The notes under the pieces are model-generated. The model saw only the letters and a list, made by a program, of their open reading frames with translations. It made no database searches and was not told the origin of the DNA. Below are positions 38,309 through 48,298 of a DNA stretch of 64,000 nt, one piece after another. Within the stretch, counting starts at the first letter, position 1. Each line of letters starts with the position of its first letter. Source of the DNA: Chthoniobacteraceae bacterium (lineage in GTDB: Bacteria > Verrucomicrobiota > Verrucomicrobiia > Chthoniobacterales > Chthoniobacteraceae); assembly GCA_040081625.1 (NCBI GenBank), contig JBEBGD010000006.1, positions 42,926 through 106,925 of the forward strand, written 5' to 3'. The translations under genes and the position numbers were made by a program.

Positions 38309-40286
38309 GGTTCCAAAAGTATCCAGGGGTTACGCGCGTGGAGCGCAGCGCTTCGTCGAATTGCAGGTGGTAAGTTCGGCCAATGTGTGGCCGGAGGCGC
38401 TTGAGACTGTCCTCGTCAATTTCCTCGTCGGTCGAGAGCAAGATGACCTGATGAGACGCCACCGGGAAGTAGCGTTCGACAAGGTGCCGCCGGTGCGAGG
38501 AATCCAGCCGCCCTAGCGGCGTGTCGATGATTGTCGGCAGGGGACGCCCGGAAGCGCGAGCCAGTCCCCACAGCAGCGAAGTTGCGAGCAACTGGCGTTC
38601 ACCGGAAGAAAGCCGCTCGAAGGGCAACGGACGCCCCTCGCCGCCAGTGAGTTCGATGCGGAAAGTCTCCGGGTCGATTTTCAATGCTGTAACGAGGCTG
38701 GTCTTACGTAGGAGTTGGGTGAACGCTTCCAGCATCAGCCGTTCGATCCGCAGTGCGTGCTTGCGGATGATCGCGGTGCGGAACTTGGCGAGTGTTCCGC
38801 GCACTTTCGCCGAGTGTTTGAGGATTCGATCCCGGTCCTCGCGGCCAAATTTCAATTCAGTGTCTTCCTCCAACGCGCGCTTCACGGCTTCCTGTGCCGC
38901 CACACGTTGCCGGACGATGAGTTGAAACTTCGCATCAAGCGCATCGACTTCGGCTTTCTTTTGCTGATGACGAATGCGCAGCGTCTCACGGTCACGCTGC
39001 AAGCGCGCGATCACATCCTCGTCGGGCACGCGGGCGAGCGTCACCTCCGTTTTCAACAAGCCGTTGCGAAGTCTCGATGTCGCTTCGATCTGCGCGGAGA
39101 TTTTTTCCTTCTCGTCGCGCAGAACCGTTTCGCACAGATGACGCAGCTCGCTCGGGAGGTTTTCGTCGGCGTGAAGGTAGCAAGATTCGGTGGATAGACC
39201 GCGGCGTTCGTCTCGATCCTCACGCAAAATCGTGTCGAGCCGCTCGATTTCGCTAGCAGGGCTGCGCGCTTTACGGAGCTGCTTAAGCACCTTTGCGTCA
39301 CGGTCCTCCAACGCGGTCACGAGCACCTGAGCTCTCCGAACTTTGGCTTCACGGCGAAGCTGAATTTCCAATTCGCCAAGCATGGGCGCGATGAGCAGCA
39401 AAGGCGCGGCTCCCGACGCGGCTTGGCGCATCAAGTTTTCCTCATCGGCAAGTCCATCCTTCAAAACCGCAAGTTCATCCTCCAACTCCGTGCGCCGCTC
39501 GAACAGTTCGCCTCCTTCACGTTGGAACCGCTTTTCACACTCCTCGACTTCCCTGGTCAAGTCAGTCAGCACTCCGTTGAGCTTGGCCTGCTCAGTCGTT
39601 GCCTCTTCCTGCATTCGTTCCAACCGCGCCAGTTCTTCCTCGGCGTGTTGCAGCCGGCGCGCTTGCTCTCCAGTTTTCCCAGTGGCTTTTTTCCGGCGTT
39701 CCAACACGACCAAGTCCGTTTCCAGTTGATCCACAAGATCGAGTCCAAGCAGCGAATGAATCGCGGTGCCAAGAAGTTCGGCGGCTTGCTCTCCCTCGGC
39801 GAGATCCTTGATTTGCTCGGCATCGAAAAAAAACAGGTGAGCGATGCCGCTGGGGATGTAGCTCTCAATGTATTCATCCCAATGCTGGCTGAGGGTTGAA
39901 TCCGGCTCGCCGTCGCACAGCACCTCCACGGTCTCCTCGATGCCGCGCACACCCTCACGCCACGCGCGAAGCAACCGGTAGCTGTGTGTTTCTCCGTCCA
40001 CTGCACGGCGGAAATGAATCGCCAGCGAAGCGCCCTCGCCGGGGTCCGCGTCGCGATGGATGGCCGCGCGCAAGTAGTCGTGGTAAGCAAGTTTTCCGCG
40101 ATTCGAGCAGCGCGCCTTGGTGCCGTAAAAGGCAAGCTGCACGGCGTCGAGGAACGTCGTCTTGCCGCCGCCGTTGAGTCCACCAAACAGAACGATGGGA
40201 CGACCCTCACGCTCGGGCGTGAGGATGATTTCCTGGCGTCCGCCGTAGATGCCGAAGTTGTCGAGAACGATTGCGTCGAGAATCAC
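38292..40286 (-). CDS. dndD: DNA sulfur modification ATPase DndD
   Basis: GGLNGGGKTT, LFFFDAEQI, LSSGERQLLA, IIDTPLGRLDSSHR, LLSTDEEI. Confidence 0.95.
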   Translation of the reverse strand: MILDAIVLDNFGIYGGRQEIILTPEREGRPIVLFGGLNGGGKTTFLDAVQLAFYGTKARCSNRGKLAYHDYLRAAIHRDADPGEGASLAIHFRRAVDGETHSYRLLRAWREGVRGIEETVEVLCDGEPDSTLSQHWDEYIESYIPSGIAHLFFFDAEQIKDLAEGEQAAELLGTAIHSLLGLDLVDQLETDLVVLERRKKATGKTGEQARRLQHAEEELARLERMQEEATTEQAKLNGVLTDLTREVEECEKRFQREGGELFERRTELEDELAVLKDGLADEENLMRQAASGAAPLLLIAPMLGELEIQLRREAKVRRAQVLVTALEDRDAKVLKQLRKARSPASEIERLDTILREDRDERRGLSTESCYLHADENLPSELRHLCETVLRDEKEKISAQIEATSRLRNGLLKTEVTLARVPDEDVIARLQRDRETLRIRHQQKKAEVDALDAKFQLIVRQRVAAQEAVKRALEEDTELKFGREDRDRILKHSAKVRGTLAKFRTAIIRKHALRIERLMLEAFTQLLRKTSLVTALKIDPETFRIELTGGEGRPLPFERLSSGERQLLATSLLWGLARASGRPLPTIIDTPLGRLDSSHRRHLVERYFPVASHQVILLSTDEEIDEDSLKRLRPHIGRTYHLQFDEALRSTRVTPGYFWNHEAAC

Positions 40287-40289
40287 AGG

Positions 40290-41849
40290 CTAAAAAATGG
40301 CTTTGGGTTCTGCGGGGGACGATGCGGCTTCCACTCCGTCACGCTGACCGTCGCGTGCCTGGCCGCGCTCAGCGCTGCGGCGTCGGGCGGTGGTCATCGC
40401 ATCTTCCTTGTCGTCATAGAAGTGCCGCCCCATCGACTTCTCCAGTCGCTCGAAAAGTTCCGAGCGCTTCGAGTGGGCACGCTGCTGACGTTCGACGCTG
40501 AGCAGTTCGCGAGTCAGCTCGTAGTGCATTTGGTCACCGCCGCACAGCGATTGAAGCTCTGTCATTTCCTCTGCGCCGAGCACGAGATTGTCGTCCAAGC
40601 GACGACCGGGATATGGCTCGCCTGTGACCTCCGTGTAGATGCGCGGGAGGCTGTCCTCCATCTCGTGTTTGTCCACGACCCAGATACGGCGGATTTCCTG
40701 CAATTCATCGAGCTTGACCAACTCAATCTTCCGAACATCCGCCGGCCCGTGGCTGCGAATCCACGTTTGTGCTTCGAGCAGCTTGCGGAGCCAGCGTTCA
40801 CGCGAGGTCTGCGTGTAGGGGCCAGGAACCGGCTTGCCGTCTTGCATGACATGAATTGCACCGGTCATACGCCGGAAGTCGCGCAGATGATGGTCGGAGC
40901 TTTGTGCGCCATTTTCATCCGTGTTGCGGAAGTCGAGTTCGTTGCGGAGCGCCAGCAGCGGCATCATCCACTCTTTCTCCTCGTCGTTGTGAATCATCGC
41001 GGTCATCGACTTGTCCTTCTCGACCAGCGTGCAAACCCAACAGCCGAATCGTGAATCGCCGCAACTCGGCGTGCTCGTATCCACGACGAGCGGACACTCG
41101 CCGTCCGCCGAAGCACCCGCATACATCCCGAGGAGGTCTTTGTTGCTGTATCCCCACGCATTCGGCACCTGCATGAGGAACATCCAAACGTCGTCGTTCG
41201 ACCAATCCTCGATCGGCGTATAAATGGAGCAACCGGGCAGCGTCGCGCTTGGGCTCAGACGGTCACGCACACGATGTTTCTGATTCTTGGTCAGCACGCG
41301 CGCGCGTGCGGTGCTCTCCGCCTTCCGTGCGCCGATGCAGAGAATCGCCTCACCGTTGTCCGTCACAATTTTGCTGATGAAGCGGTTCGACGGTTTGATT
41401 TTCAACCGCTCCGTGCACCAACGAAACTTTGGTCGCGGCGCAGGATAACCTTTGCCGATGAGATTCACCCAAAACGATTCCTCGACTCGCGGATGCAGCA
41501 GATGCGGTTTGATCGGCATTGCGGCGGCCAGCGCTTTCTTTCCCATGATCTCGAGCGACTTCTGCACCCATGAGGCAACGATGGGATTTTCGACGAGCGT
41601 GTCGGTGCTGATGACATGGACCGTCTTGGTGCGTCGCTCGACCGGAAGCTTCGCGACGGCGAGCCAGATGAGTTGCAACGTGGCCGTCGAATCCTTCCCG
41701 CCGCTGTAGCCCACAATCCACGGGACATCGTCCGCGCAATAAAGCTCACGGATTTCCTCCGCCAGCAACGCAACCGTGCGAGGCAGGCCAAACTCGGAAA
41801 AGGCAGATTTTCGGGCGGTGGCAGGAGTTGGAGCAGGAGCGGGTTTCAT
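40290..41849 (-). CDS. dndC: DNA phosphorothioation sulfurtransferase DndC
   Basis: YSGGKDS, IGKGYPAPRPKFRWCTERLKI, CGDSRFGCWVCT, DFRRMTG. Confidence 0.95.
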   Translation of the reverse strand: MKPAPAPTPATARKSAFSEFGLPRTVALLAEEIRELYCADDVPWIVGYSGGKDSTATLQLIWLAVAKLPVERRTKTVHVISTDTLVENPIVASWVQKSLEIMGKKALAAAMPIKPHLLHPRVEESFWVNLIGKGYPAPRPKFRWCTERLKIKPSNRFISKIVTDNGEAILCIGARKAESTARARVLTKNQKHRVRDRLSPSATLPGCSIYTPIEDWSNDDVWMFLMQVPNAWGYSNKDLLGMYAGASADGECPLVVDTSTPSCGDSRFGCWVCTLVEKDKSMTAMIHNDEEKEWMMPLLALRNELDFRNTDENGAQSSDHHLRDFRRMTGAIHVMQDGKPVPGPYTQTSRERWLRKLLEAQTWIRSHGPADVRKIELVKLDELQEIRRIWVVDKHEMEDSLPRIYTEVTGEPYPGRRLDDNLVLGAEEMTELQSLCGGDQMHYELTRELLSVERQQRAHSKRSELFERLEKSMGRHFYDDKEDAMTTARRRSAERGQARDGQRDGVEAASSPAEPKAIF

Positions 41850-41915
41850 CGAAGGACGTCGGGTTTCAATTTCAATGCAGAGGTCAAAACAAAGCGAGCA
41901 CGGCCGGAGGCGGAT

Positions 41916-43007
41916 TCATCGGTTGCGGCGGTTGCAGGCGTCTTCCACGCGCTGCTCGTCCTCGGAGAGCGACAGCCCGAGCGCGCGCTTCACGACGTTG
42001 GTGGTGAGAATGATGTTGGTGGTCACTTTGGAAACCTTTCCGCCAATCAGCGCGCGGCCTTCCCAAAGCTTCGCGTTGCCCCGCGACCAATCAATACCCT
42101 TGAGCACGGAGAGTTTTGCGCGCCACTTCGCGGGCCACGTTTTCAGCAGAGCGTTTCCCGCTTTCCCGAGCGCCTGGAGTGCGATGCCGTGGGAGTGGAT
42201 GTAGCCCTCGCGCACTTCGCTGGCTGGCATCCGCCCCTCGCGCACTTGCGCCCACGAGGGGAATTGGCGTGCGACCGCTTCCCAATAATCGCGCGCGAGC
42301 TTCGAGTCTTCGTCAAGATTGCCCGTCGCCAAATCCTGCACGAGGTCGGCGGACGCATTGTAAAATGCGCTCAGCGTGAAAAGCTTTCGGGAACGCCGCG
42401 CGAGCGAGCTTTTCTCCAAGTCCACAATGTCGCGGAAGACTTCGGATTTCATCACGACGAGGCGCGCGAGCTTCGCCTTGTCATTGCGGTGATCGTAGAG
42501 CAGACCGAGCGACCTACTGGGGCGGATGGCGTGGCGGTTCAGATCCGCGAACATCTGCTGGCAACGGTCGAGTCCAATATCGAGGAAGAAGACGACGGCG
42601 ATGGTCTCGTAGGCCAGCTCTGGCTTTTGATCGAGCGCCTCGATGATCGCCGCGCGTCGGTGCTGGCCGTCGTTGATGATGAACTTCGCGTCCATCGGCA
42701 CCTTCAACGTGCCGAGACGGTCTTCGCCGGGTTTTGTCGAGAACGGCTCGAAGGCAACGTGCGAATCAATGGACGCCGTGATCGCGGAGAAGACGTAGTC
42801 TTTCGGGTTGTCCAGAATGTAGTCCGCCATTTCCGGGATGCGGGCTTTGTTCAGCACCCGCTGCGCGCGCAGTTCCGGCGGCAATTCCTTTTCGTCGAAG
42901 ATCGAAATTTGCCGCAGCGTCCGCAGCGTCCACATCGTGATGTAGTATTCGCGTCCGGCTTGCACGCCCCGCAGGGCTGGAAAGTTTAGCGTTGAGAGTG
43001 CGCTCAT
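41916..43007 (-). CDS. dndB: DNA sulfur modification regulator DndB
   Basis: RGVQAGREYY, RAQRVLNKARIP, INDGQHR, QQMFADLN. Confidence 0.93.
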   Translation of the reverse strand: MSALSTLNFPALRGVQAGREYYITMWTLRTLRQISIFDEKELPPELRAQRVLNKARIPEMADYILDNPKDYVFSAITASIDSHVAFEPFSTKPGEDRLGTLKVPMDAKFIINDGQHRRAAIIEALDQKPELAYETIAVVFFLDIGLDRCQQMFADLNRHAIRPSRSLGLLYDHRNDKAKLARLVVMKSEVFRDIVDLEKSSLARRSRKLFTLSAFYNASADLVQDLATGNLDEDSKLARDYWEAVARQFPSWAQVREGRMPASEVREGYIHSHGIALQALGKAGNALLKTWPAKWRAKLSVLKGIDWSRGNAKLWEGRALIGGKVSKVTTNIILTTNVVKRALGLSLSEDEQRVEDACNRRNR

Positions 43008-43053
43008 CGTTGCGGTAGGTGTATGGGAAACGCCTAGCCCGCACCGCTGCGGT

Positions 43054-44244
43054 ATGTCAACGAATAAACATACACTTCCCACTCAGACGAACACGACACC
43101 CGTGTATCTCGACTGCAATGCGACGACTCCGCTGGAGCCGGAAGTGCAGCGCGAGATGCTGCGCTTTTTCGAGGAAGAGTTCGGCAATGCGGGAAGTCGC
43201 ACTCACGAATACGGCGCGCGCGCCAAGCAGGCGGTGCAGAACGCGCGCGACCAGGTGGCCGCAGTCGTGGCGGCACAGCGGGAGGAAGTGCTTTTCACGA
43301 GCGGCGCGACCGAGAGCAACAACATCGCGATTCTCGGTCTGGCCGAGTTCGCGGAGCGGTCAGGCCGGCGGCACATCATCAGCACGCAGATCGAGCACAA
43401 GGCGGTGATCGAGCCGCTCGAAGAACTCGCCCGGCGCGGATTCGACGTGGAGTTTCTCCCGCCCAATGCAGGCGGGTGGATGGAGCCTGAGAAGGTCCGC
43501 GCGGCGCTGCGGCCCGACACCCTGCTCGTGTCGGTGATGCACGCGAACAACGAAACTGGTGTCGTTCAACCCGTCGAAGAAATCGCCGCCGTGCTCACCG
43601 GCCACGCGGCGTATTTCCACGTCGATGCCGCGCAGACTTTCGGAAAGCTGATCGAGCCGCTGCGGAACTCGCGTGTCGATCTCATCAGCGCGAGCGCGCA
43701 CAAAATCTATGGCCCGAAAGGTGTCGGTGCTCTGATCGCGCGACGACGCGGCTTTGAACGGCCGCCGCTCAAGCCACTCTGCTTCGGCGGCGGGCAAGAG
43801 CGTGGACTTCGCCCAGGAACTTTGCCGGTGCCGCTGATCGTGGCGCTCGGCGTCGCTGCGGAACTCGCGCTGAAGCATCACGCGAAGCGGGATCAGCAGT
43901 GCCGCAGTTTTCGCGATGAGCTGGAGGCGGCGCTGCTTCCGCTCGGCCCGCAGATCCACGGGGACACGCAGCGCACGTTGCCGCACGTCATCAATCTCTC
44001 TTTCGCTGGCCTCGACTCCGAAGCTGTGATGGTGGCCCTGAAAGGCGAGGTGGCGATTTCCAACGGCTCCGCTTGCACGTCCGCGAGCTACAAGCCGAGT
44101 CATGTGCTCAAGGCGATGGGCTTGGCCGACGCCGAAATCATGGGCGCGCTCCGCATCTCATGGTGTCACATGACTCCGAAACCGGATTGGCAGCAGGTGG
44201 CGCGGCTTCTACAGTCGCTCCGCAGCGAACCCGTTGCTCACTGA
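43054..44244 (+). CDS. dndA: Cysteine desulfurase DndA
   Basis: YLDCNATT, FTSGATESNN, SAHKIYGPKG, GSACTS; divergent from dndB. Confidence 0.92.
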   Translation: MSTNKHTLPTQTNTTPVYLDCNATTPLEPEVQREMLRFFEEEFGNAGSRTHEYGARAKQAVQNARDQVAAVVAAQREEVLFTSGATESNNIAILGLAEFAERSGRRHIISTQIEHKAVIEPLEELARRGFDVEFLPPNAGGWMEPEKVRAALRPDTLLVSVMHANNETGVVQPVEEIAAVLTGHAAYFHVDAAQTFGKLIEPLRNSRVDLISASAHKIYGPKGVGALIARRRGFERPPLKPLCFGGGQERGLRPGTLPVPLIVALGVAAELALKHHAKRDQQCRSFRDELEAALLPLGPQIHGDTQRTLPHVINLSFAGLDSEAVMVALKGEVAISNGSACTSASYKPSHVLKAMGLADAEIMGALRISWCHMTPKPDWQQVARLLQSLRSEPVAH

Positions 44245-44268
44245 TCCACCAACGAACACCAATCACGC

Positions 44269-44532
44269 ATGAAGGCATTTTTCTTCACGGGCCGAAACCT
44301 CACGAATCTGAGCGGCGTGAGTTGGAAGATCTGGCGCATCGAGTGTCAGAATCGGAAAGTCACCGCGTGGTGGGGACCGGCTCACGTCGTGCAGCGGAAG
44401 ATTCAGCCGCGCGGCACGCTCCAGAGCAAGGTGTGGACGTTGCCGTCCGCTCAGGCGGCGCGGGAGTTTGAAGCGGCGCGCATCAAGCAGAAGCTCCGCG
44501 GCGGCTACGAGCGGAAGCCGAAGCGAGGCTGA
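44269..44532 (+). CDS. Stand-alone WGR-like domain protein
   Basis: W.I....VTAWWG followed by a helix ending KQKLRGGY, the WGR-domain pattern. Confidence 0.55.
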   Translation: MKAFFFTGRNLTNLSGVSWKIWRIECQNRKVTAWWGPAHVVQRKIQPRGTLQSKVWTLPSAQAAREFEAARIKQKLRGGYERKPKRG

Positions 44533-44538
44533 TCCGGC

Positions 44539-46569
44539 TCACGCTTTTCGCTTCGGGTTGAGGTTCTCGTTGAGACCAACGGACGCGAGAGCCGCGTGAA
44601 AGGTCTGCTTATCCGGCCCCAAGCCGATGGTGGCTTCGTCGAGGCCGAGTTTGCGGAGCTTCGCGCTAAATTTCTCCATCGCGGGGCGTCCCGCATTTTC
44701 CTGCCCGACGAAGCGCTCCTTGAAATAGAGGAGCTGAATCTTTGGCCCGGTAGAGTGGTCGAAGACTTCGACGAAGAGGTTGCGGAGATTCACTTTGATG
44801 CGCGTCTGCAATTCCGGCAACGGCTTGCCGTCGAAGTTATCGTAGTGCTGGAACGTGACCTTGCCGGAGTGCTTGTGAATCTTGATGAGGTCGGCCTGCG
44901 CCGGATCGCCGTAGCGATAGGCCGCGCACTGGACGTAGATGCGGAGCAGCGGCGGCAATTCGGCGAACAGACTGCGATGGATTATCAGCGCGTCGTCGTC
45001 CTGCCATCCGAAGGTGACGCTCTCGCAGGCCAGTTCGATTTCGCCGGGGTCGCCTGCGGCGAAAAGAAGATCGCGCGCCTTCGCTTGCGCGGTCGCGAGG
45101 TCGCCGAAAAAGCTGCGAATGTCGTTCTTGATGCGCAGCGGGATTTCGCGTCGGAGAAAGTGCTTTCGGAATTTGGTCATCGCCAGATAGACGAGCACGT
45201 CTTCGGTGCGCGCCTTGCGGGCCATCTGCCAGAGCGGCTCTCCGTGGTGTGAGACAACCAGCGCGACCGCGCGATTGATTCCGCCGCCGACCTTTTTTAC
45301 CTCTGCGAGCCGGTCGAACTCGCCGACCTCCGGTGTGCGCCCAAAATCGAGCAAGGTCTGCCAGAATTCCGCGAACAGTTCTTTGTGGAGGTCGTAGCGA
45401 TCTACGTTTCGCCGCTCACGCGCCGCCGGTGCGGAGAATCGCAACTGCGTGCTGATTTCGCTCCAATCAATCCGGCGGCGGCTCCTGCTCGCCTCGAACA
45501 GTTCGGCGTCTTCCGCGTTCTTGAATACGACGCACATGCCGAGACCCAGCGTGCTCGCCTCCGCGTCGAGCATCTGCTCGATGAGACTCTCGAGTTCTCC
45601 CGGTCCGTAGAATTTCTGAAACGTGTTCGCTTTAGTGAGGAAGCCATCCCGAAATGGGCGCGAGTGCGCGTCGGTTTCCTGTCCAGCCGCCAGCGTGGAG
45701 ATAATGAGCGTGCGCTCAGCCAGCGCAAACGCCGCGCGGAGTGCGGTGACTCGCTCTGCGGGGTCTTCGATGACGTTCAGGACATAGCCGAGATTGACCA
45801 CGGCAGCGGAAGTCTTCGTCGCGTTGGGCCGGAACGCCGGATCCCAGCCGGCGGCTCGGTAGCCAAGATTTTGCAACGCCTCGATGTCCATGCCGTGCCC
45901 GCAGCCGTAGTCGAAGAACGTGTCCGTCTTCCTCAAAAGCCCGCGCTCCAGGAGCTGCTTCACGGGTTTGGAAAGATCGTATCGCTTGATCGCTGTGCGA
46001 TGACGCGCCACGTCCGCCGCCTCATCGTTTTCCGAAGCCGAATCAGACCGGATTTCGCGCACCGAAACCAGCGTGTGATCCTCGTAGCCCAAGCCGAGCC
46101 GCTTGAGCAGCGTGAGCCATTGCACACGCAGTCCGATGCGGGATGTATCACGATAGAGCCCGGCTTCCTCCTCGCGTTTCGTGAGAGCTGCGTAGCGGGG
46201 AATCCGCGGATCGCTCGGCGGAAGGAATGTCTCCTTGCGATGCAGGATCGGCGGATTCGAGCGCCGGCGGTAGTCCGTGCGGGTGACAGACCCGGTGTTG
46301 AGATTGATTTTTGTCGCTTCGGCCAAAGTCGGATGCGGCTTGGCGTCGAAGTCCGGGTAGCCGAGAAACGTGAACGCAAACTGGTCGGTGTGAATCTTGA
46401 GCAGATTCCACAACGGATCGGGCTGCGCCGCGATCTCCGCGCGCCGAATCGTAGCCCACAGGTCTGGAGAAACGTCGCCTTGCAGCGGACGAAAAATATA
46501 GACGGCTCCCGGCAGTCGTTTGCCGTAGCACAGGGAATCGTCGGTGCGGCGATGCGTTGCGAGATCCAT
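44539..46569 (-). CDS. DNA phosphorothioation-associated putative methyltransferase
   Basis: NPPILHRKETF, RHRTAI.R..LSKP, FDYGCGHG, VNLGYVLNVIED..ER, TFQKFY. Confidence 0.88.
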   Translation of the reverse strand: MDLATHRRTDDSLCYGKRLPGAVYIFRPLQGDVSPDLWATIRRAEIAAQPDPLWNLLKIHTDQFAFTFLGYPDFDAKPHPTLAEATKINLNTGSVTRTDYRRRSNPPILHRKETFLPPSDPRIPRYAALTKREEEAGLYRDTSRIGLRVQWLTLLKRLGLGYEDHTLVSVREIRSDSASENDEAADVARHRTAIKRYDLSKPVKQLLERGLLRKTDTFFDYGCGHGMDIEALQNLGYRAAGWDPAFRPNATKTSAAVVNLGYVLNVIEDPAERVTALRAAFALAERTLIISTLAAGQETDAHSRPFRDGFLTKANTFQKFYGPGELESLIEQMLDAEASTLGLGMCVVFKNAEDAELFEASRSRRRIDWSEISTQLRFSAPAARERRNVDRYDLHKELFAEFWQTLLDFGRTPEVGEFDRLAEVKKVGGGINRAVALVVSHHGEPLWQMARKARTEDVLVYLAMTKFRKHFLRREIPLRIKNDIRSFFGDLATAQAKARDLLFAAGDPGEIELACESVTFGWQDDDALIIHRSLFAELPPLLRIYVQCAAYRYGDPAQADLIKIHKHSGKVTFQHYDNFDGKPLPELQTRIKVNLRNLFVEVFDHSTGPKIQLLYFKERFVGQENAGRPAMEKFSAKLRKLGLDEATIGLGPDKQTFHAALASVGLNENLNPKRKA

Positions 46570-46582
46570 CGCGCGAGGAATC

Positions 46583-47563
46583 TTATGCCGCGCGCAAATC
46601 ATCGACCTCCAAGAATCGCGGTTGCCGCTCGCGGTCGAAGCAGGCTCGGCCCTTGACCCAAATTTTCTTCTTCCCGTGAGCGCGGACGAATTCCTCGTGC
46701 TCCTCGCGGTAACGGCATCGAACACCTCTGACCTTCCAGCCGTCCTCCAATCGGCGCAGCGTGAAGCGGCCAACCTCATAGTCCACCACCATGAGGTGGC
46801 CTGTGACTTCCAACGTATCGCTGGGAATGTGATTCGCGCGGATGATGTGATCGGCGCGCGCCCACCTCTCGCGGTCGATAACCATGCCTTCGCCGCTCAC
46901 CACGCGACCCGCGATTTCCACGGATTCCAATTTCTTGTCGCGTGAAGGGAGCAGCTTCCGCGCGGCGACCAGCCCGGAATCAATGAAGCACTCATCCACG
47001 TTCGGGCGCGACGCAGCGAACTCGTCGATCACCACACGTGGGTTTTCCTGCTGGAGCGACGAAGCAACGACGCCCATGAATTCAAGGCTGTCCTTGAGCG
47101 CCGTGTAGTGCGGATCAAGGAGCATCCGATTTTCCTCATCGCGGGCGCGCACTCCCGGCTCCGGCAGCTTGAATCCAAAAATCAAACTCGGCGTGCAGGC
47201 CGTCACGAGCAGGTCCACATCGCCCATCCAGCGGAAGCGGTTGCCCGAGAGTTGACCGTGGCTCTTGGTCATTTCAACCACCTGCTTGTGCAAGGTGGTA
47301 AAGAGGCGGTTCATTTTCGTGACCGAGCAGCGGCCCGTCTGCGCGTCCTTGCCTTGGTAGCGCACCAGAATGTCGGACGTGTCCATCGCGACGGCGAGCG
47401 GCAGTTTGTCGAGCGCGAGCGCGTCGAGGGAGCGCAGGTGTCCGCGGAACAGGTGCTCGGCTTCAGCTTCGGGCAGACCGCGCTCGTGGATGTAACGGCG
47501 CAATTCCGCCATTTCGGTATGCACCGTCCGCAGCTTGAAACGAACTTTCTCAGCCCAGGTCAT
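46583..47563 (-). CDS. Hypothetical protein, possible C-terminal OB-like beta domain
   Basis: Long ORF coupled to the upstream gene; beta-rich C-terminus. Confidence 0.6.
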   Translation of the reverse strand: MTWAEKVRFKLRTVHTEMAELRRYIHERGLPEAEAEHLFRGHLRSLDALALDKLPLAVAMDTSDILVRYQGKDAQTGRCSVTKMNRLFTTLHKQVVEMTKSHGQLSGNRFRWMGDVDLLVTACTPSLIFGFKLPEPGVRARDEENRMLLDPHYTALKDSLEFMGVVASSLQQENPRVVIDEFAASRPNVDECFIDSGLVAARKLLPSRDKKLESVEIAGRVVSGEGMVIDRERWARADHIIRANHIPSDTLEVTGHLMVVDYEVGRFTLRRLEDGWKVRGVRCRYREEHEEFVRAHGKKKIWVKGRACFDRERQPRFLEVDDLRAA

Positions 47564-48006
47564 AGCGTCACGCGGAGGTAGCCCTTCCGCAGAGTTTTCG
47601 GAATTCCAGAACGCGACACTTCGGGATCGGGGAGTTGGAACGACTCGTGGAAATTGTAGGTCTCGGGACGAGCGGGCGCGTAGAAGTTCACCCACAGGCC
47701 CCATTCCTCAACGAAGGGCTGGTCGAGCGCTTTCAAATGGGCGACCGTTACTTCGTTGCTCAGTTCGATGCCGACCTCCACAGCTTCCGGCTTTGAGTGG
47801 GCGCTGATGTAGTCTCCATCCACGTAGAACGCCCGAATCGGGGTTTGTTTGAGCAGGAGGCCGGAAAACTTCCGCACCGATTTCCATAGTTGCGGCCGGT
47901 TCGCCCCGTTGCCGAATACGCCGGGCAGATCGGACAGGCGCACGTCGTGACACGGTGGCGGCACCGGCAGAAAACCATACTCGTTGAGAACCAGAGTGCC
48001 GTGCAT
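47560..48006 (-). CDS. DUF6932-like pol-beta nucleotidyltransferase, degenerate motif
   Basis: NEYGFLP..H; YVDGDYISAHSKPEAVEV compared with the family pattern DGSF.T.K..P.DID; ends KGYLRV. Confidence 0.5.
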   Translation of the reverse strand: MHGTLVLNEYGFLPVPPPCHDVRLSDLPGVFGNGANRPQLWKSVRKFSGLLLKQTPIRAFYVDGDYISAHSKPEAVEVGIELSNEVTVAHLKALDQPFVEEWGLWVNFYAPARPETYNFHESFQLPDPEVSRSGIPKTLRKGYLRVTL

Positions 48007-48010
48007 TGGA

Positions 48011-48298
48011 TTAGTGTTTCGTCGCGTGCGCGGATTTGTGCCGGGCCTTGGATTTTGCGCGAGCAGTTTCGGCATTTTTGCGCGCGATGAAGGCGTCAAC
48101 AACGTCCGCAGTCGCGGCGGAGTCGCCCTTCCCCGCCGGCCACAGCCCGTGAGCGGCGAGGTCATCAATTACGAGCTTGGTGACGTAGGACGATTTTGTC
48201 CACGGGTAGCCGAGTTGCGCCACGCGCTTGAGCAATTGCTGGTAGAGGTCCGGCTTGAGCGAAAAGCTCACGCCCTGGCTCTTCTGATGGTCTGGCAC
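48011..48298 (-). CDS. Ribbon-helix-helix-like regulator (leftward)
   Basis: GVSFSLKPDL..L..R....SSYVTKLVIDDL; GTG start inferred. Confidence 0.55.
   Translation of the reverse strand: MPDHQKSQGVSFSLKPDLYQQLLKRVAQLGYPWTKSSYVTKLVIDDLAAHGLWPAGKGDSAATADVVDAFIARKNAETARAKSKARHKSAHATKH

Noticed and set aside
43054..44244. Housekeeping iscS/nifS
   Set aside because: Divergent from dndB inside the island, with no isc/suf genes; best read as dndA.
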